Source: an uncultured Chloroflexia bacterium (GTDB taxonomy: Bacteria > Chloroflexota > Limnocylindria > Limnocylindrales > CSP1-4). Taken from it: a DNA stretch of 64,000 nucleotides. Location of the stretch: positions 235,187-299,186 of the forward strand of contig CAWJKF010000008.1 of the NCBI GenBank assembly GCA_963843335.1, in the 5' to 3' direction. Every line of letters begins with the position of its first letter. The first letter of the stretch is position 1. Below are positions 50,771-61,081 of this stretch, piece by piece. The notes below the pieces were generated by a model. It saw nothing but the letters and a program-made list of their open reading frames with translations, did not search any database and was not told where the DNA came from. A program made the translations under genes and the position numbers.

Positions 50771-52235
50771 TTTCGATCGGCATCCGGGGCAACCGAGCCG
50801 CGCAGCGCCTCGTGCAGCAGGATCACCTTCTGGTGGGTCATGGCGAGGAGCGTGTCGTGGATGCCTTCTCGTCCATGGCCGCTCGCCTTCACGCCGCCGA
50901 AGGGAAGGTTCTCGGCACGCAGCGCGGATGACCAGTTGACCATCACGCCACCCGCCTCCAACCGGTAGCTGATGTCCATGGCATCCCCGATATCGCGGGT
51001 GAACACTGCCGCCTGGAGGCCGTACGGCGAATCGTTGGCCATGGCGACGGCATCGTCGATCGGTCCGGAATGGGAGCACCGGCACGACGGGGCCGAATGT
51101 CTCTTCCCGGACCACTGTCGCGTTCGCTGGCACATCGCCGAGCACGGTCGGCTGGATGAAGGCGCCACGCCGGGGTCCGCCCGCGAGCAGGCTGGCACCG
51201 CCGGCGACGGCCGCATCGACCACCCCCTGGACCTCGGCGGCGGCCGCCTCGGTGATGAGCGGCCCGACATCGCTCTGCTCGTCCAGGGCGTCGCCGACAC
51301 GCAGCTCCCGGGTCATCCGGACCAGGATCGTCACGAAGGCGTCGACGACGGTCGCGTCGACCAGGACGCGCTTCACGGCACAGCAGATCTGACCATTGCC
51401 GCGCGCCAGGCGGCCCAGGACGATAGCCGTGGCTGCCTTCTCCAGGTCCGCGTCGGCGCACACGATGACGGCGTCGTTGCCGCCCAACTCGGCGAGGAAC
51501 GGCTTGTGATGCTCGGCCGCGATCCGCCCGAGCTCTACGCCGGTCGCGACGCTCCCGGTGACGGTCACGAGGTCGACGCCCGGATCGGCGGCCAGCGCGG
51601 GGCCGATGCGCGACCCAGGCCCGGTGAGCACCTGGTGGGTCGCCCGTGGCAGACCGGCCTCCTCGAGGATGGCGGCGATCCGGAGCACGGCAAGGGGGCA
51701 GTCGCTGGGCGGCTTGCCGATGACCGCGTTGCCGGCCGCCAGCGCGGCCGCGGCCTTATGCGCGTAGAGCTCCACGGGGTAGTTGAAGGGCACGATGGCG
51801 GCGACCACCCCGATGGGCTGCCGGATGGTGAACGCCACGTGGCGTTCCATCCCCGGCACGGCGTCCATGGGCACCTGGCGCCCGAACAGGCGGGTCGCCT
51901 CCTGACCAAAACCGCGGAAGATCCGCGCAGCCGCGGCGACCTCTTCGCGCGTCTGGCGGATGGGCTTGCCATTCTCTCGGGCAAGCAGTCGGGCCAGCTC
52001 CTCCTGCTGCTCCACGATGCGATCGGCCGCCCGGATGAGGATCGGCGCTGCGCTCGTGGGCCGGCAGAGCAGCCATGCGCCGGCGACCAAGACGCGCGGC
52101 CGCGATCGCGGTCGCGACGTCGTCATCAGTCGCAGCGGGCACCCGGTCGATGAGCTCTCCGCTGCCCGGGTCGAGGACATCGAAGCGGCCCCCGTCCGAC
52201 GCATCCACCCACATGCTGTCGATGAGCATCTGCAT
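50767..52235 (-). CDS. Aldehyde dehydrogenase (lactaldehyde/succinate-semialdehyde-like; frameshifts)
   Basis: IVPFNYP, TGSVATG, AELGGNDA, GNGQICCA, EETFGPV and PFGGVKASG. Confidence 0.88.
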
Positions 52236-52260
52236 CAGGGTCGCCTCCGCAATGACACGT

Positions 52261-52279
52261 CGTTTCGTATCTTGAAACG
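52261..52279. promoter_or_regulatory. Palindrome CGTTTC-N7-GAAACG, candidate IclR operator
   Basis: Lies in the AT-rich divergent intergenic region between the aldehyde dehydrogenase and IclR genes. Confidence 0.45.
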
Positions 52280-52399
52280 TGACAGGAGATATTGATATCA
52301 TGACGCCACGACGTGCTACCCGTCAAGTCGTCGTCGCTGCCGAATGCTTTAACGACAGTCCGATAAACGAAAGGGTGAGACAGAGTGGTCGAGCCGCCG

Positions 52400-53188
52400 A
52401 TGGCGCACGAGCCCGCGGGCAATGTCGCGAAGAGCACGACGGCGCTGAAGGCGTTGCGCGTCCTGGAGGCCGTTGCCGCAAGCTCCGGCCCAGCCAGCCT
52501 GGGCGATATCGCGGTCCGCGCGACGCTCGACAAGAGCACCACCTACCGGATGCTGTCGACGCTCGTGTCGGCCGGGTACGTACGGCAGGACGGCGTGTCG
52601 AGGCGGTACGCCCTGACATACCGCGTGGTGTCGCTGAGTCGCAATCTGCTCGCGGACGACGAGGTCTTCCAGCTCACCCGAGGCGTCCTCGACCGCCTGT
52701 CGACGACGACGGGCGAGGCGATCCATCTGTGCGTGCTGGATGGCCTGGAGAGCGTGCTTGTCCAGCGGGTGCGTGGGACACAGCTGGTGGCCGTGGATTT
52801 CCAGGTGGGGGACCGCAGCCCGCTCCACTGCACCTCGATCGGTAAGGCGCTCCTGGCATACCAGGGTCCCGGGCTGATCGACGAGGTCATCGCGGCGGGC
52901 CTGCCCCGCATGGCCGTGAACACCATCGTGGAACCTGAGGCCCTGCGGCGGGAGCTGCGCCTGGTGCGGGAGCGCGGGTACGCCATCGACGACCACGAGC
53001 TGGCGGACACGATGCGCTGCATCGCCGTCCCCATCTTCGAGCTCGATGACCGGGTGCGCATGGGCATCAGCATCTCGGGTCCGGACAGTCGGTTCACGAT
53101 CGCGCACCTGGAGTGGCTGCGGGGGCCGCTGCTGGCGGCATCCCACACGTTGTCGGAGCAGCTGGGTGGGGTGGCCCTCCGTTCCTGA
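52400..53188 (+). CDS. IclR-family transcriptional regulator
   Basis: KALRVLEAV, LDKSTTYRMLSTL, TTGEAIHL, PLHCTSIGKALLA and RGYAIDDHE. Confidence 0.92.
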   Translation: MAHEPAGNVAKSTTALKALRVLEAVAASSGPASLGDIAVRATLDKSTTYRMLSTLVSAGYVRQDGVSRRYALTYRVVSLSRNLLADDEVFQLTRGVLDRLSTTTGEAIHLCVLDGLESVLVQRVRGTQLVAVDFQVGDRSPLHCTSIGKALLAYQGPGLIDEVIAAGLPRMAVNTIVEPEALRRELRLVRERGYAIDDHELADTMRCIAVPIFELDDRVRMGISISGPDSRFTIAHLEWLRGPLLAASHTLSEQLGGVALRS

Positions 53189-53201
53189 CCGGGCCTGCCG
53201 A

Positions 53202-53672
53202 CTATCCGGGGTGGCGGGTGGTTTCGGCGGCCAACCACGACCGGGCGCGAGGCCGGATGGCGATGACGGCGCAGGTCCAGGTCGTGCGTCGCGTACTGCG
53301 GGTAGCGGCCCGGAGCGCCGCGATCGCGCCAGCCCGTGCTCGTCCGGCGTCGGTCGGGCCAGACGACCCGGGCGACCCCTGGACCCGCAGCCAGGCCAGA
53401 GCTTGGCCCAGTCCTCGTCCCAGTGGTCGACGAGCAGCGTCACACGCGGGTCGCGCTCGACATCGCGGACACGCGCGAGTTGCGCGGGCATCCGATGCGC
53501 GCTTGGGCTTGGCGTCGATGGGGGTGACGATCATCTGGCCATCGGGCCGCTCGACGAGCGCGAAGCAGCAGGGCACCAGCCGCGCACGTCCGTCCGGGGC
53601 GAGGGTCGCCAGGGTCGCGCGCCGTGCGAGGTCCAGCAGCCGCAGCTGCCCAGGGTCGAGCCGGATGGTCAC
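53202..53672 (-). CDS. PPOX-class putative F420-dependent oxidoreductase (TIGR03668/Rv0121-like; frameshifts)
   Basis: RATLATL, LVPCCFA, TPIDAKPK, RVRDVERDPRVTLLVDHWDEDW and LAWLRVQG. Confidence 0.8.
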   Translation of the reverse strand: MTIRLDPGQLRLLDLARRATLATLAPDGRARLVPCCFALVERPDGQMIVTPIDAKPKRASDARATRACPRCRARPACDAARRPLGRGLGQALAWLRVQGSPGSSGPTDAGRARAGAIAALRAATRSTRRTTWTCAVIAIRPRARSWLAAETTRHPG

Positions 53673-53707
53673 CGGGGCTCCGCCGGACGCCGGGTGTGGG
53701 TCCGCCG

Positions 53708-55411
53708 CTACAGGTCGAGGTCGGTGACCGCGCCCTTGCTGGCGGACGAGACCGACGCTGCGTACTTGGCCATGACGCCCCGGGTGTAGCGCGGCGCGGG
53801 ACGGGTCCAGCCCACCTTGCGCCGCTCGAGCTCGGCCGCATCGACCTCCAGATCGAGCACCCGCTTGTCGACATCGATGGTGATCATGTCCCCCTCGCGC
53901 ACGAACGCGATGGGCCCGCCGTGGGCCGCCTCCGGCGCCACGTGCCCGATCATGAGCCCGTGGGTGCCGCCGCTGAATCGCCCGTCCGTGAGCAGGCCCA
54001 CCGAGTCCCCCAGCCCTTCGCCGACGAGCGCGCCGGTGACCGCGAGCATCTCCTGCATACCCGGGCCGCCGACCGGCCCCTCGTAGCGGATGACGACCAC
54101 GTCACCGGGGTGGATCTCCTGGCGCGACACGGCCTGGAAGCAGGCGGTCTCGGAGTCGTAGACCTTGGCGGGTCCCCGGTGATAGCGCCGCTCATGGCCC
54201 GCGAGCTTGATGACACAGCCGTCAGGTGCCAGTGAGCCCCGCAGGATGGCCAGGCCACCGGAGGCCTTGATGGGTGTCTCGATGGGCTTGACCACGACCT
54301 GGCCGGGCGTCTCGACCGTCGCCTCGGCGATCTGACGCAGGGTCTGACCGGTGACGGTCGGTGCGTCGCCGTCGATAAGGTCGCGCTTCAGCAGCTCACG
54401 TGTGACGAGGCCGACACCACCCGACTGGTACAGCTCGTACGCCCGATACCGTCCGCCCGGCTGGAGGTCCGCCACGATGGGTGTCCGGTCCGAGATGGTG
54501 TCGAACTCGTCGATCTCGATGGGGATGCCGAAGGCATGGGCGATGGCCAGCAGATGCAGGACGCCGTTGGTCGAGCCGCCGGTGGCCGCGACCGAGGCGA
54601 TGGCGTTGTCGATGGCTCGCCGGTCGACGATCGATGATGGCCGCACATCGCGCCGAACGAGGTCCATGGCCAGCGCGCCGGTGGCACGGGCGGCCTCCAG
54701 CTTCGCGGGGTCGATGGCCGGGATGGCGTTGAGGCCGGCAGGGGAGAGGCCCAGGAACTCGAGCACCATCGCCATCGTGTTCGCGGTGTACTGGCCACCG
54801 CAGGCGCCCGCGCCGGGGCAGGCGGTCGACTCGATCTCGTACAGCTCACGGGCGCCGATCTTGCCCGCCCGGTACGCCCCGATCGCCTCGTAGATGCTCA
54901 CGATGTCCGTGTCCCGGCCGTTGTGATGGCCGGGCATGATGGTGCCGCTGTAGAGGATCACGGTCGGGATATCCAGGCGACCGGCGGCGATCGCGGCACC
55001 CGGACCGGTCTTGTCGCAGCCGATGAGGCAGACGAGGCCATCGAACAGGTGGCCGCGGCTGACGAGCTCGATCGAGTCGGCCACGATCTCGCGGCTGATG
55101 AGCGAGGCCTTCATACCTTCGGTGCCCATGGTCACGCCATCGCTCACCGAGATGGTGTTGAACTCCATGGGCGTGCCGCCCGCGGCCCGGATGCCTTCCT
55201 TGACCGCCAGCGCGAGGTCCCGTTGGTTGAGGTTGCAGGGCATCGTCTCGATCCACTGCGTCGCCACGCCGATGATGGGCTTGGCGAGGTCCTCGTCTGT
55301 GAAGCCCACGGCCTTGAGCATGCCCCGCGCGCCGGCCCGGTCAGGTCCGTCGGTCAGGGCCGCCGAGTGGCGCTTGGCGGGATCGGATGGGCGGTCGTAG
55401 GGCAGCGACAT
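53708..55411 (-). CDS. ilvD: Dihydroxy-acid dehydratase
   Basis: [47 protein letters not shown] and GHVAPE. Confidence 0.95.
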   Translation of the reverse strand: MSLPYDRPSDPAKRHSAALTDGPDRAGARGMLKAVGFTDEDLAKPIIGVATQWIETMPCNLNQRDLALAVKEGIRAAGGTPMEFNTISVSDGVTMGTEGMKASLISREIVADSIELVSRGHLFDGLVCLIGCDKTGPGAAIAAGRLDIPTVILYSGTIMPGHHNGRDTDIVSIYEAIGAYRAGKIGARELYEIESTACPGAGACGGQYTANTMAMVLEFLGLSPAGLNAIPAIDPAKLEAARATGALAMDLVRRDVRPSSIVDRRAIDNAIASVAATGGSTNGVLHLLAIAHAFGIPIEIDEFDTISDRTPIVADLQPGGRYRAYELYQSGGVGLVTRELLKRDLIDGDAPTVTGQTLRQIAEATVETPGQVVVKPIETPIKASGGLAILRGSLAPDGCVIKLAGHERRYHRGPAKVYDSETACFQAVSRQEIHPGDVVVIRYEGPVGGPGMQEMLAVTGALVGEGLGDSVGLLTDGRFSGGTHGLMIGHVAPEAAHGGPIAFVREGDMITIDVDKRVLDLEVDAAELERRKVGWTRPAPRYTRGVMAKYAASVSSASKGAVTDLDL

Positions 55412-55630
55412 GATGGGTGGGACTCCTCGGGAACTCGGGATGGCGCCAGTGTACGGCGCGGGTCCGGTAACCGGCCGGCACCAGCTCGAGTGCGCGGGTC
55501 GGTGCCCGGCCGCCGCCGGCTCGGGACCGCGAGTCGCCCAGTGGGTGATCAGGCCTATCGGGTTGCCGTGATGGCCCTGCACCGGCCGTTCGATGCGCCC
55601 AGCGACCAGGTCGACCGACGACGGGTCCGG

Positions 55631-56254
55631 TCAGCCCGGATCAGCTGGGGCGGTCTGGCCCAGCGTGATGCCCAGGGCGGCGCCGGCCTCCCCGCGCAGG
55701 AGCCCGAAGACCAGGTCGGTGTGGAGCGCGCCATCTGATGCCCGATAGCGGTCACGGAGGGTGCCCTCGAGCCGGAAGCCAAGGCGCCGGGCCACGGCAC
55801 CGCTCGCGGTGTTCTGCTCATCGCACCAGATCTCGAGCCGCTGCGCGGCGAGCTCCCGGAACGCGAGCGCGGCGAGGGCTCGGGCCGCCTCCGTCACGTA
55901 GCCCTGGCCGGCGAAGCGAGTTCGGACCCAGTAGCCGATCTCGAACCGGTCGGCGGCCCAGTCGATCCGGTGGAGGCCCGTGGAGCCGACCATGATCCGA
56001 GGGTCCGAGCGCAGGTAGATCGGGAAACGCAGGTCCCGTCGGAGCAGGAAGTCGGCGCGTGCCAGGCGGACGTTCTCCTCGGCCGACTCGGCGTCGGGTG
56101 CCTCCTGCGCCCAGGGCAGCCACGGCCGCAGCTCGTCGAGCGACTCGGTGACGGCGGCCCGGAACTCCTCGCCATCCCCGGGGCGCGGGGCACGCAGCAC
56201 CAGCCGCTCGGTCTGGAGCTCCTCGGGGACGTGGCGCAGGATCGGGCGGCTCAT
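55631..56254 (-). CDS. GNAT N-acetyltransferase (RimJ/RimL-like)
   Basis: QTERLVLR, EIGYW, GQGYVTEA, NTASGAVARRLGFRLEG. Confidence 0.88.
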   Translation of the reverse strand: MSRPILRHVPEELQTERLVLRAPRPGDGEEFRAAVTESLDELRPWLPWAQEAPDAESAEENVRLARADFLLRRDLRFPIYLRSDPRIMVGSTGLHRIDWAADRFEIGYWVRTRFAGQGYVTEAARALAALAFRELAAQRLEIWCDEQNTASGAVARRLGFRLEGTLRDRYRASDGALHTDLVFGLLRGEAGAALGITLGQTAPADPG

Positions 56255-56380
56255 CGTTCGACGATACCGCGAGCGTGCCTCCAGCGGCCACCGTCCAGGG
56301 AGCAGTTGAACGTTTCGGTCGCGGCGTCGCTCATAGTGGGTAGTCCGCGCCATGTGGCGCGGTACCGCGTGAGGTCCAGG

Positions 56381-56932
56381 GTGGATCCAGACCTCGTGGA
56401 ACGAGCCCGTACTGGCGATACCGACGCGTTCGCGGTCCTGGTGCATCAGGTCAGCGATCCGCTGTTCGCGGTCGCCTATCGGATCCTCAGGGATTCGGAC
56501 CTCGCGGAGGACGCGCTGCAGAACGCCCTCCTCACGGCATGGCGGCAGCTTCCGGAGCTGCGCGATGCCGAGCGGTTCGAAGCCTGGGCCCATCGGATCC
56601 TGGTCCACGCCTGCTACGCGGAGGCGGGTCGACGCCGGCGATGGTCGGCGAACATCCGCGTCATCCATCCGGATGTCTCATGGTCCCCCGACGCCAGCCA
56701 ATCGCTGGCCGACCGGGACGAGCTCGAACGCATCTTCCGGCGTCTGCCCATCGAGCAGCGCGCCGTATTCGTCCTGCATCACTACCTGGGCCTGGCCCTG
56801 ACCGAGATCGCCGGCACGCTCGGCATCCCCCAGGGCACGGCCCGTTCCCGCCTGCACTACGCCACCCGCGCGCTGCGGTCGGCCATCACGGCCGAACGTG
56901 GGGTCGCGATCACGGAGGACCGCCCGGCATGA
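56381..56932 (+). CDS. ECF RNA polymerase sigma factor
   Basis: DAFAVLV, AYRIL, AEDALQ, FEAWAHRI, LPIEQRAVFVL and GTARSRLHYA. Confidence 0.92.
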   Translation: MDPDLVERARTGDTDAFAVLVHQVSDPLFAVAYRILRDSDLAEDALQNALLTAWRQLPELRDAERFEAWAHRILVHACYAEAGRRRRWSANIRVIHPDVSWSPDASQSLADRDELERIFRRLPIEQRAVFVLHHYLGLALTEIAGTLGIPQGTARSRLHYATRALRSAITAERGVAITEDRPA

Positions 56933-58233
56933 CCGACGACGAGCGGTTCGAACGCATCGCGAGCGACTGGATGTCGGTCGGGCCCGCACAGGCTCCCGAC
57001 CATGTCATCCAGGCGGTCCTCCGCGCCCTTCCATCGACACACCAGGAACGGGGCCGTCGTGCCCCGCTGTGGAGGTTCCAGCGAATGTCCGGCTTCATCC
57101 GGGCGGCTGCGATCGCGGCCGCCGCCATGTCCGTCATCTCCGTGCCCATCATCGTGAACGGCGGGCGCCCGTCGGCGCCGCGCCCTGCGCTGCCCCCGAC
57201 GGCATGCCCGAGCGGCAGCCCACTGGCGAGCGGCACCATCGCCACGGTCGCCGGCACGTTCGGTGCCGGCAGCCCCCAACCCTTGACCGCGGGCACCGCG
57301 GCCATCGGTGCTCATGTTGGGGTCAACGCCGTTGCGGTCGCGCCAGGCGGGACGCTCGTCCTGTCGGACGGGATCACGCCCGCCGTGTGGCAGGTCGGCA
57401 GCGATGGATCGCTCCAGACCTTCGTGGACACGTCGACCGCTCCCCAGCTCCAGATGCCCAACGGCATCGCGTTCGATGCCGACGGGAACCTCTTCATCGC
57501 CGACACCATGGGCTCCAGGGTGTGGCGGCGCACGCCGTCGGGCGAGGTGACGCTCGTGGCGGGTACCGGCGTTGGCGGCACGGATGGCAACGAAGGCCCG
57601 GCGCTCTCGGCGACGCTCGAGAACCCGAGCACCATCGCGGTCGGGCCGGACGGTTCGGTCTACTTCGACGACCACAACAACTTCCGGCGGGTCGACCCAC
57701 AGGGGACGATCCACGCCTTCGCCGGCAGCCTGACGCCGGGCTACACGGGCGACGGCGGTCCGGCCACCGCAGCCACTCTTGGCGAGAGCGTCCTGGGTGC
57801 CGCGGCGGACGGACGGGGGAACATCTACCTGGGGGACGAGTCCAACCACGTGGTCCGGAAGGTCGACCCCAAGGGGGTGATCACCACCGTCGCCGGCACT
57901 GGCACGCTCGGCTACAGCGGTGATGGCGGCCAGGCGACCGAGACGGACCTGGAGGAACCGGTCGGGCTCGCGGTCGACTCGGACGGCTCGATCTACCTGG
58001 TCGACAACCAGTCTGGCACCGTCCAGCGCATCGATCCCTCAGGCGTCATCACGACCGTGGCCGGTACGGGAGCGATCAGGGCCCTGGGCGGCCCGGGCAG
58101 TGCGGAAGCGGCAGGCGATTGCGGTCCTGCCACGCTCGCGACGCTCGACCTGCCGAGCGCCCTCGCCGTCCGGGATGGCGTGCTGTACATCGTCGACGGC
58201 AGCAACACGCGGGTGCGCATGGTCGTGCCGTAG
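56929..58233 (+). CDS. Putative anti-sigma factor with a TM helix and extracytoplasmic NHL-repeat beta-propeller
   Basis: ATGA overlap with the sigma gene; repeats PNGIAFDADGNLFIAD, IATVAGT and GYSGDGG. Confidence 0.8.
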   Translation: MTDDERFERIASDWMSVGPAQAPDHVIQAVLRALPSTHQERGRRAPLWRFQRMSGFIRAAAIAAAAMSVISVPIIVNGGRPSAPRPALPPTACPSGSPLASGTIATVAGTFGAGSPQPLTAGTAAIGAHVGVNAVAVAPGGTLVLSDGITPAVWQVGSDGSLQTFVDTSTAPQLQMPNGIAFDADGNLFIADTMGSRVWRRTPSGEVTLVAGTGVGGTDGNEGPALSATLENPSTIAVGPDGSVYFDDHNNFRRVDPQGTIHAFAGSLTPGYTGDGGPATAATLGESVLGAAADGRGNIYLGDESNHVVRKVDPKGVITTVAGTGTLGYSGDGGQATETDLEEPVGLAVDSDGSIYLVDNQSGTVQRIDPSGVITTVAGTGAIRALGGPGSAEAAGDCGPATLATLDLPSALAVRDGVLYIVDGSNTRVRMVVP

Positions 58234-58291
58234 CCGGCGCCGTCCCTCCCGTGGGGCACCCGGTGGGCCACTGGACCCGTCAGCGCGCACC

Positions 58292-58504
58292 GGCTCACCC
58301 GGTGAGCCAAGGGACCGGTGAACCGCACGGTCGCGGCCCGTGCCGGGGTCCGCCGCCCCCTGGAGGCCGTCCTCGATGGTGCCGAGCGGTCGATCAGCGC
58401 ATCTCGTGAGCCATCCGACCGGCGACGCTCTTCAGGAAACGTGCTGAGGTCGGGTCTTGGCATGACGGCCACGCCCGGCGGTCCCTTGACGCAGGACGTG
58501 AGCC
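58292..58504. repeat. Inverted-repeat-bounded element, family B copy 2 (213 bp)
   Basis: Left arm ggctcacccggtgagccaagggaccg; right arm reverse complement ggctcacgtcctgcgtcaagggaccg; lies between convergent genes. Confidence 0.75.
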
Positions 58505-58551
58505 ATGACGCCGCGCTCCCGGGCGACCGACCCGTCGACCGGGCCCGGACC

Positions 58552-58938
58552 CTAGCCGCGCATGAACTCCGAGACCGCGTCGGGATCCTCGGCGGTGTAG
58601 AACCAGACCTCGGTGATCATGCCGTTGGCGACCTTGAACACGCCGATCTCGCGGCCGGACATCCAGCCGCCGTGGCGCTCCGCGGAGAAGTCCACGAGCG
58701 CCACGACGTGCTCGTCGCTCGCGAGCAGGTCCGTGAGCGTCAGCTTGAAGGTGCCCTCGGTCTCCACCATCGACTGGCGGATGGCATCCATGACAGCCTC
58801 CCGGCCGTTGAGGGTGCCGAGGTACTCGTAGGGCTCGTGCCAGATGACCTCGGGCGCGATGAGGTCCGCGGCGGCCTCCAGGTTGGTGCCCTGGCGCGCC
58901 TCGTACAGCTTCCGGACGACGTTCGGGTCGGCGGTCAT
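58552..58938 (-). CDS. SnoaL/NTF2-like protein
   Basis: LIAPEVIWHEP, GREAV, LASDEHVVAL and VFKVANGMITEVW; ATGA overlap with leuD. Confidence 0.8.
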   Translation of the reverse strand: MTADPNVVRKLYEARQGTNLEAAADLIAPEVIWHEPYEYLGTLNGREAVMDAIRQSMVETEGTFKLTLTDLLASDEHVVALVDFSAERHGGWMSGREIGVFKVANGMITEVWFYTAEDPDAVSEFMRG

Positions 58939-59581
58939 CGTCTCTCCCTCAGCCGGCCGCGGCAGGCACTGGTCGGGTATCCACCCGCGCCGGGTGGGAC
59001 GCCTCCCAGGCGTCGATGGCGGTCGAACGCTGGAGTACCCAGCCGACCTCGTCGGTCCCTGCGAGCATCATCTGACGCGCAAAGGGGTCGACCTGCGAAG
59101 TCGACCGTGGAGCCGTCCGGCAGCAGCAGGCCCAGCTCCGAGAGGTCCACCGTCACGCCCGCATCGGGGTCGGCGTCGAGCATCTCCGTGATGCGCTCGT
59201 GCGTGGCCGGGTCGACCACGATGGGCAGCAGCCCGTTCTTCATGCGAGTTGTTGCGGAAGATGTCCGCGAAGGAGGTGCTGATGATGGCCTTGATGCCCC
59301 ATGCGGTGAGCGCCCATGGGGCGTGCTCGCGGGACGACCCGGCGCCGAAGTTGTCGCCCACGAGGAGCACCTGGCGACCCTGCATCTCGGGCTCGGTTGA
59401 GGACGAAGTCCGGGTTCGGGCTGCCGTCGGGCAGGTAGCGCCAGTCGTTGAACAGGGCGCTCGCGAGGCCCGACTTCTCGGTCGTCTTGAGGAACCGCGC
59501 GGGGATGATCTGGTCCGTGTCGACGTTCTCTGCCGGCAGCGGGATGAGCTTGCTGCTGAAGGTGGGGTACGGCTCAGGCAT
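58935..59581 (-). CDS. leuD: 3-isopropylmalate dehydratase small subunit (frameshifts)
   Basis: [42 protein letters not shown] and NGLLP. Confidence 0.92.
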
Positions 59582-59602
59582 CTGGCGGCTCCTGTGCGGG
59601 GG

Positions 59603-61081
59603 TCAGCGGGCTCCGACGTCGTTGCGCTGCGGCCGACGAGCGGCCGCGGATCGCTGACCACGCCCGCCAGCGCGGTAGCAGCGGCGGTGAGCGGCGAGGC
59701 CAGGAACGTGCGCGATCCCTTGCCCTGGCGTCCCTCGAAGTTGCGGTTGCTGGTGGACACGATGTACTGGCCGGGTGCGCCCTGGTCGCCGTTCATGGCG
59801 ATGCACATGGAGCAGCCCGCCTCACGCCACTCGGCGCCGGCCGAGCCGGAAGACGTCGTCGAGGCCCTCGCGCTCGGCCTGCAGCCTTCACCTGGGCGCT
59901 GCCGGGCACGACCATGACCCGCACGCCGTCCGCGATGTGGTTGCCGCGGAAGATGTCCGCCGCCTCCCGCAGGTCGCTGATGCGGCTGTTGGTGCAGGAG
60001 CCGATGAACACGATGTCCACCTTCTGGCCCAGCAGCGGCTGGCCCGGCGGTCAGGCCCATGTACTCGAGGGCGTGTGTCGAGCGCCCGCTTGCCTGCCTC
60101 GTCCGGCTCCGCGTCGGGGCTGGGCACGTGCGCGGTGATGCCCATGCCCATGCCCGGGTTGGTGCCGTAGGTGATCATCGGCTCCAGCGCGGAGGCATCG
60201 ATGGTGATGGACTTCTCGTAGATCGCGCGCCGGGATCGGAGGGGAGGGTCCGCCAGCGCGCGACCGCGGCGTCCCAGTCGGCGCCCTTCGGGGCGTGCGG
60301 CTTGCCCGCGGACGTACTCGAAGGTGGTCTCGTCGGGCGCGATGAGGCCGGCCCGCGCGCCGCCCTCGATGGACATGTTGCAGATGGTCATCCGCTCTTC
60401 CATCGACAGGCCCCGGATGGCCTCGCCGGTGTACTCGAACACGTGGCCGGTGCCGCCGCCGACGCCGATGCGCGAGATGAGGTTGAGGATGATGTCCTTG
60501 GCCGTGACGCCCGGCTGGAGCTGGCCCTCGACGCGCACCTCGTAGGACCGCGGCGGCCGCTGGAGCAGGGTCTGGGTGGCGAGCACCATCTCCACCTCGG
60601 ACGTGCCGATGCCGAACGCGAGCGCCCCGAACGCGCCATGGGTGGCGGTGTGCGAGTCGCCACACACGATGGTCATGCCCGGCTGCGTCAGGCCCAGCTC
60701 GGGCCCGATGACGTGGACGATGCCCTGGTGGTCCGAGCCGCGGGAGTAGACCGGGATGCCGAACTCGGCGCAGTTGCGCTCGAGCTGCTGCGACCTGGAA
60801 GGCCGCCTGCTGGTCGAGGATGGGCAGGCTGAGGGGCGTCGTCGGGCGTGGAGTGGTCCGCGGTGGCGACGGTCCGTTCCGGATGGCGCACCCGCAGGCC
60901 GCGGTCGCGCAGCCCCTGGAACGCCTGGGGGCTGGTGACCTCATGCACGAGGTGGAGGTCGATGCCGATGACGCTCGGGGCGCCCTGCCTCCTCGAACAC
61001 GACGTGCTCGTCCCAGATCTTCTGGACGAGCGTGCGCGGGGCGCTGGAGGGGTCGCTGGTGGGGGTCGGGTGGTCGGGCAT
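59603..61081 (-). CDS. leuC: 3-isopropylmalate dehydratase large subunit (multiple frameshifts)
   Basis: [76 protein letters not shown] and SPLTAAA. Confidence 0.93.

Noticed and set aside
56307-56336. Autoregulatory ECF promoter (TGAAC...CGTC)
   Set aside because: Spacing to CGTC is too short for the usual AAC-N16/17-CGT; not supportable without the sigma group.
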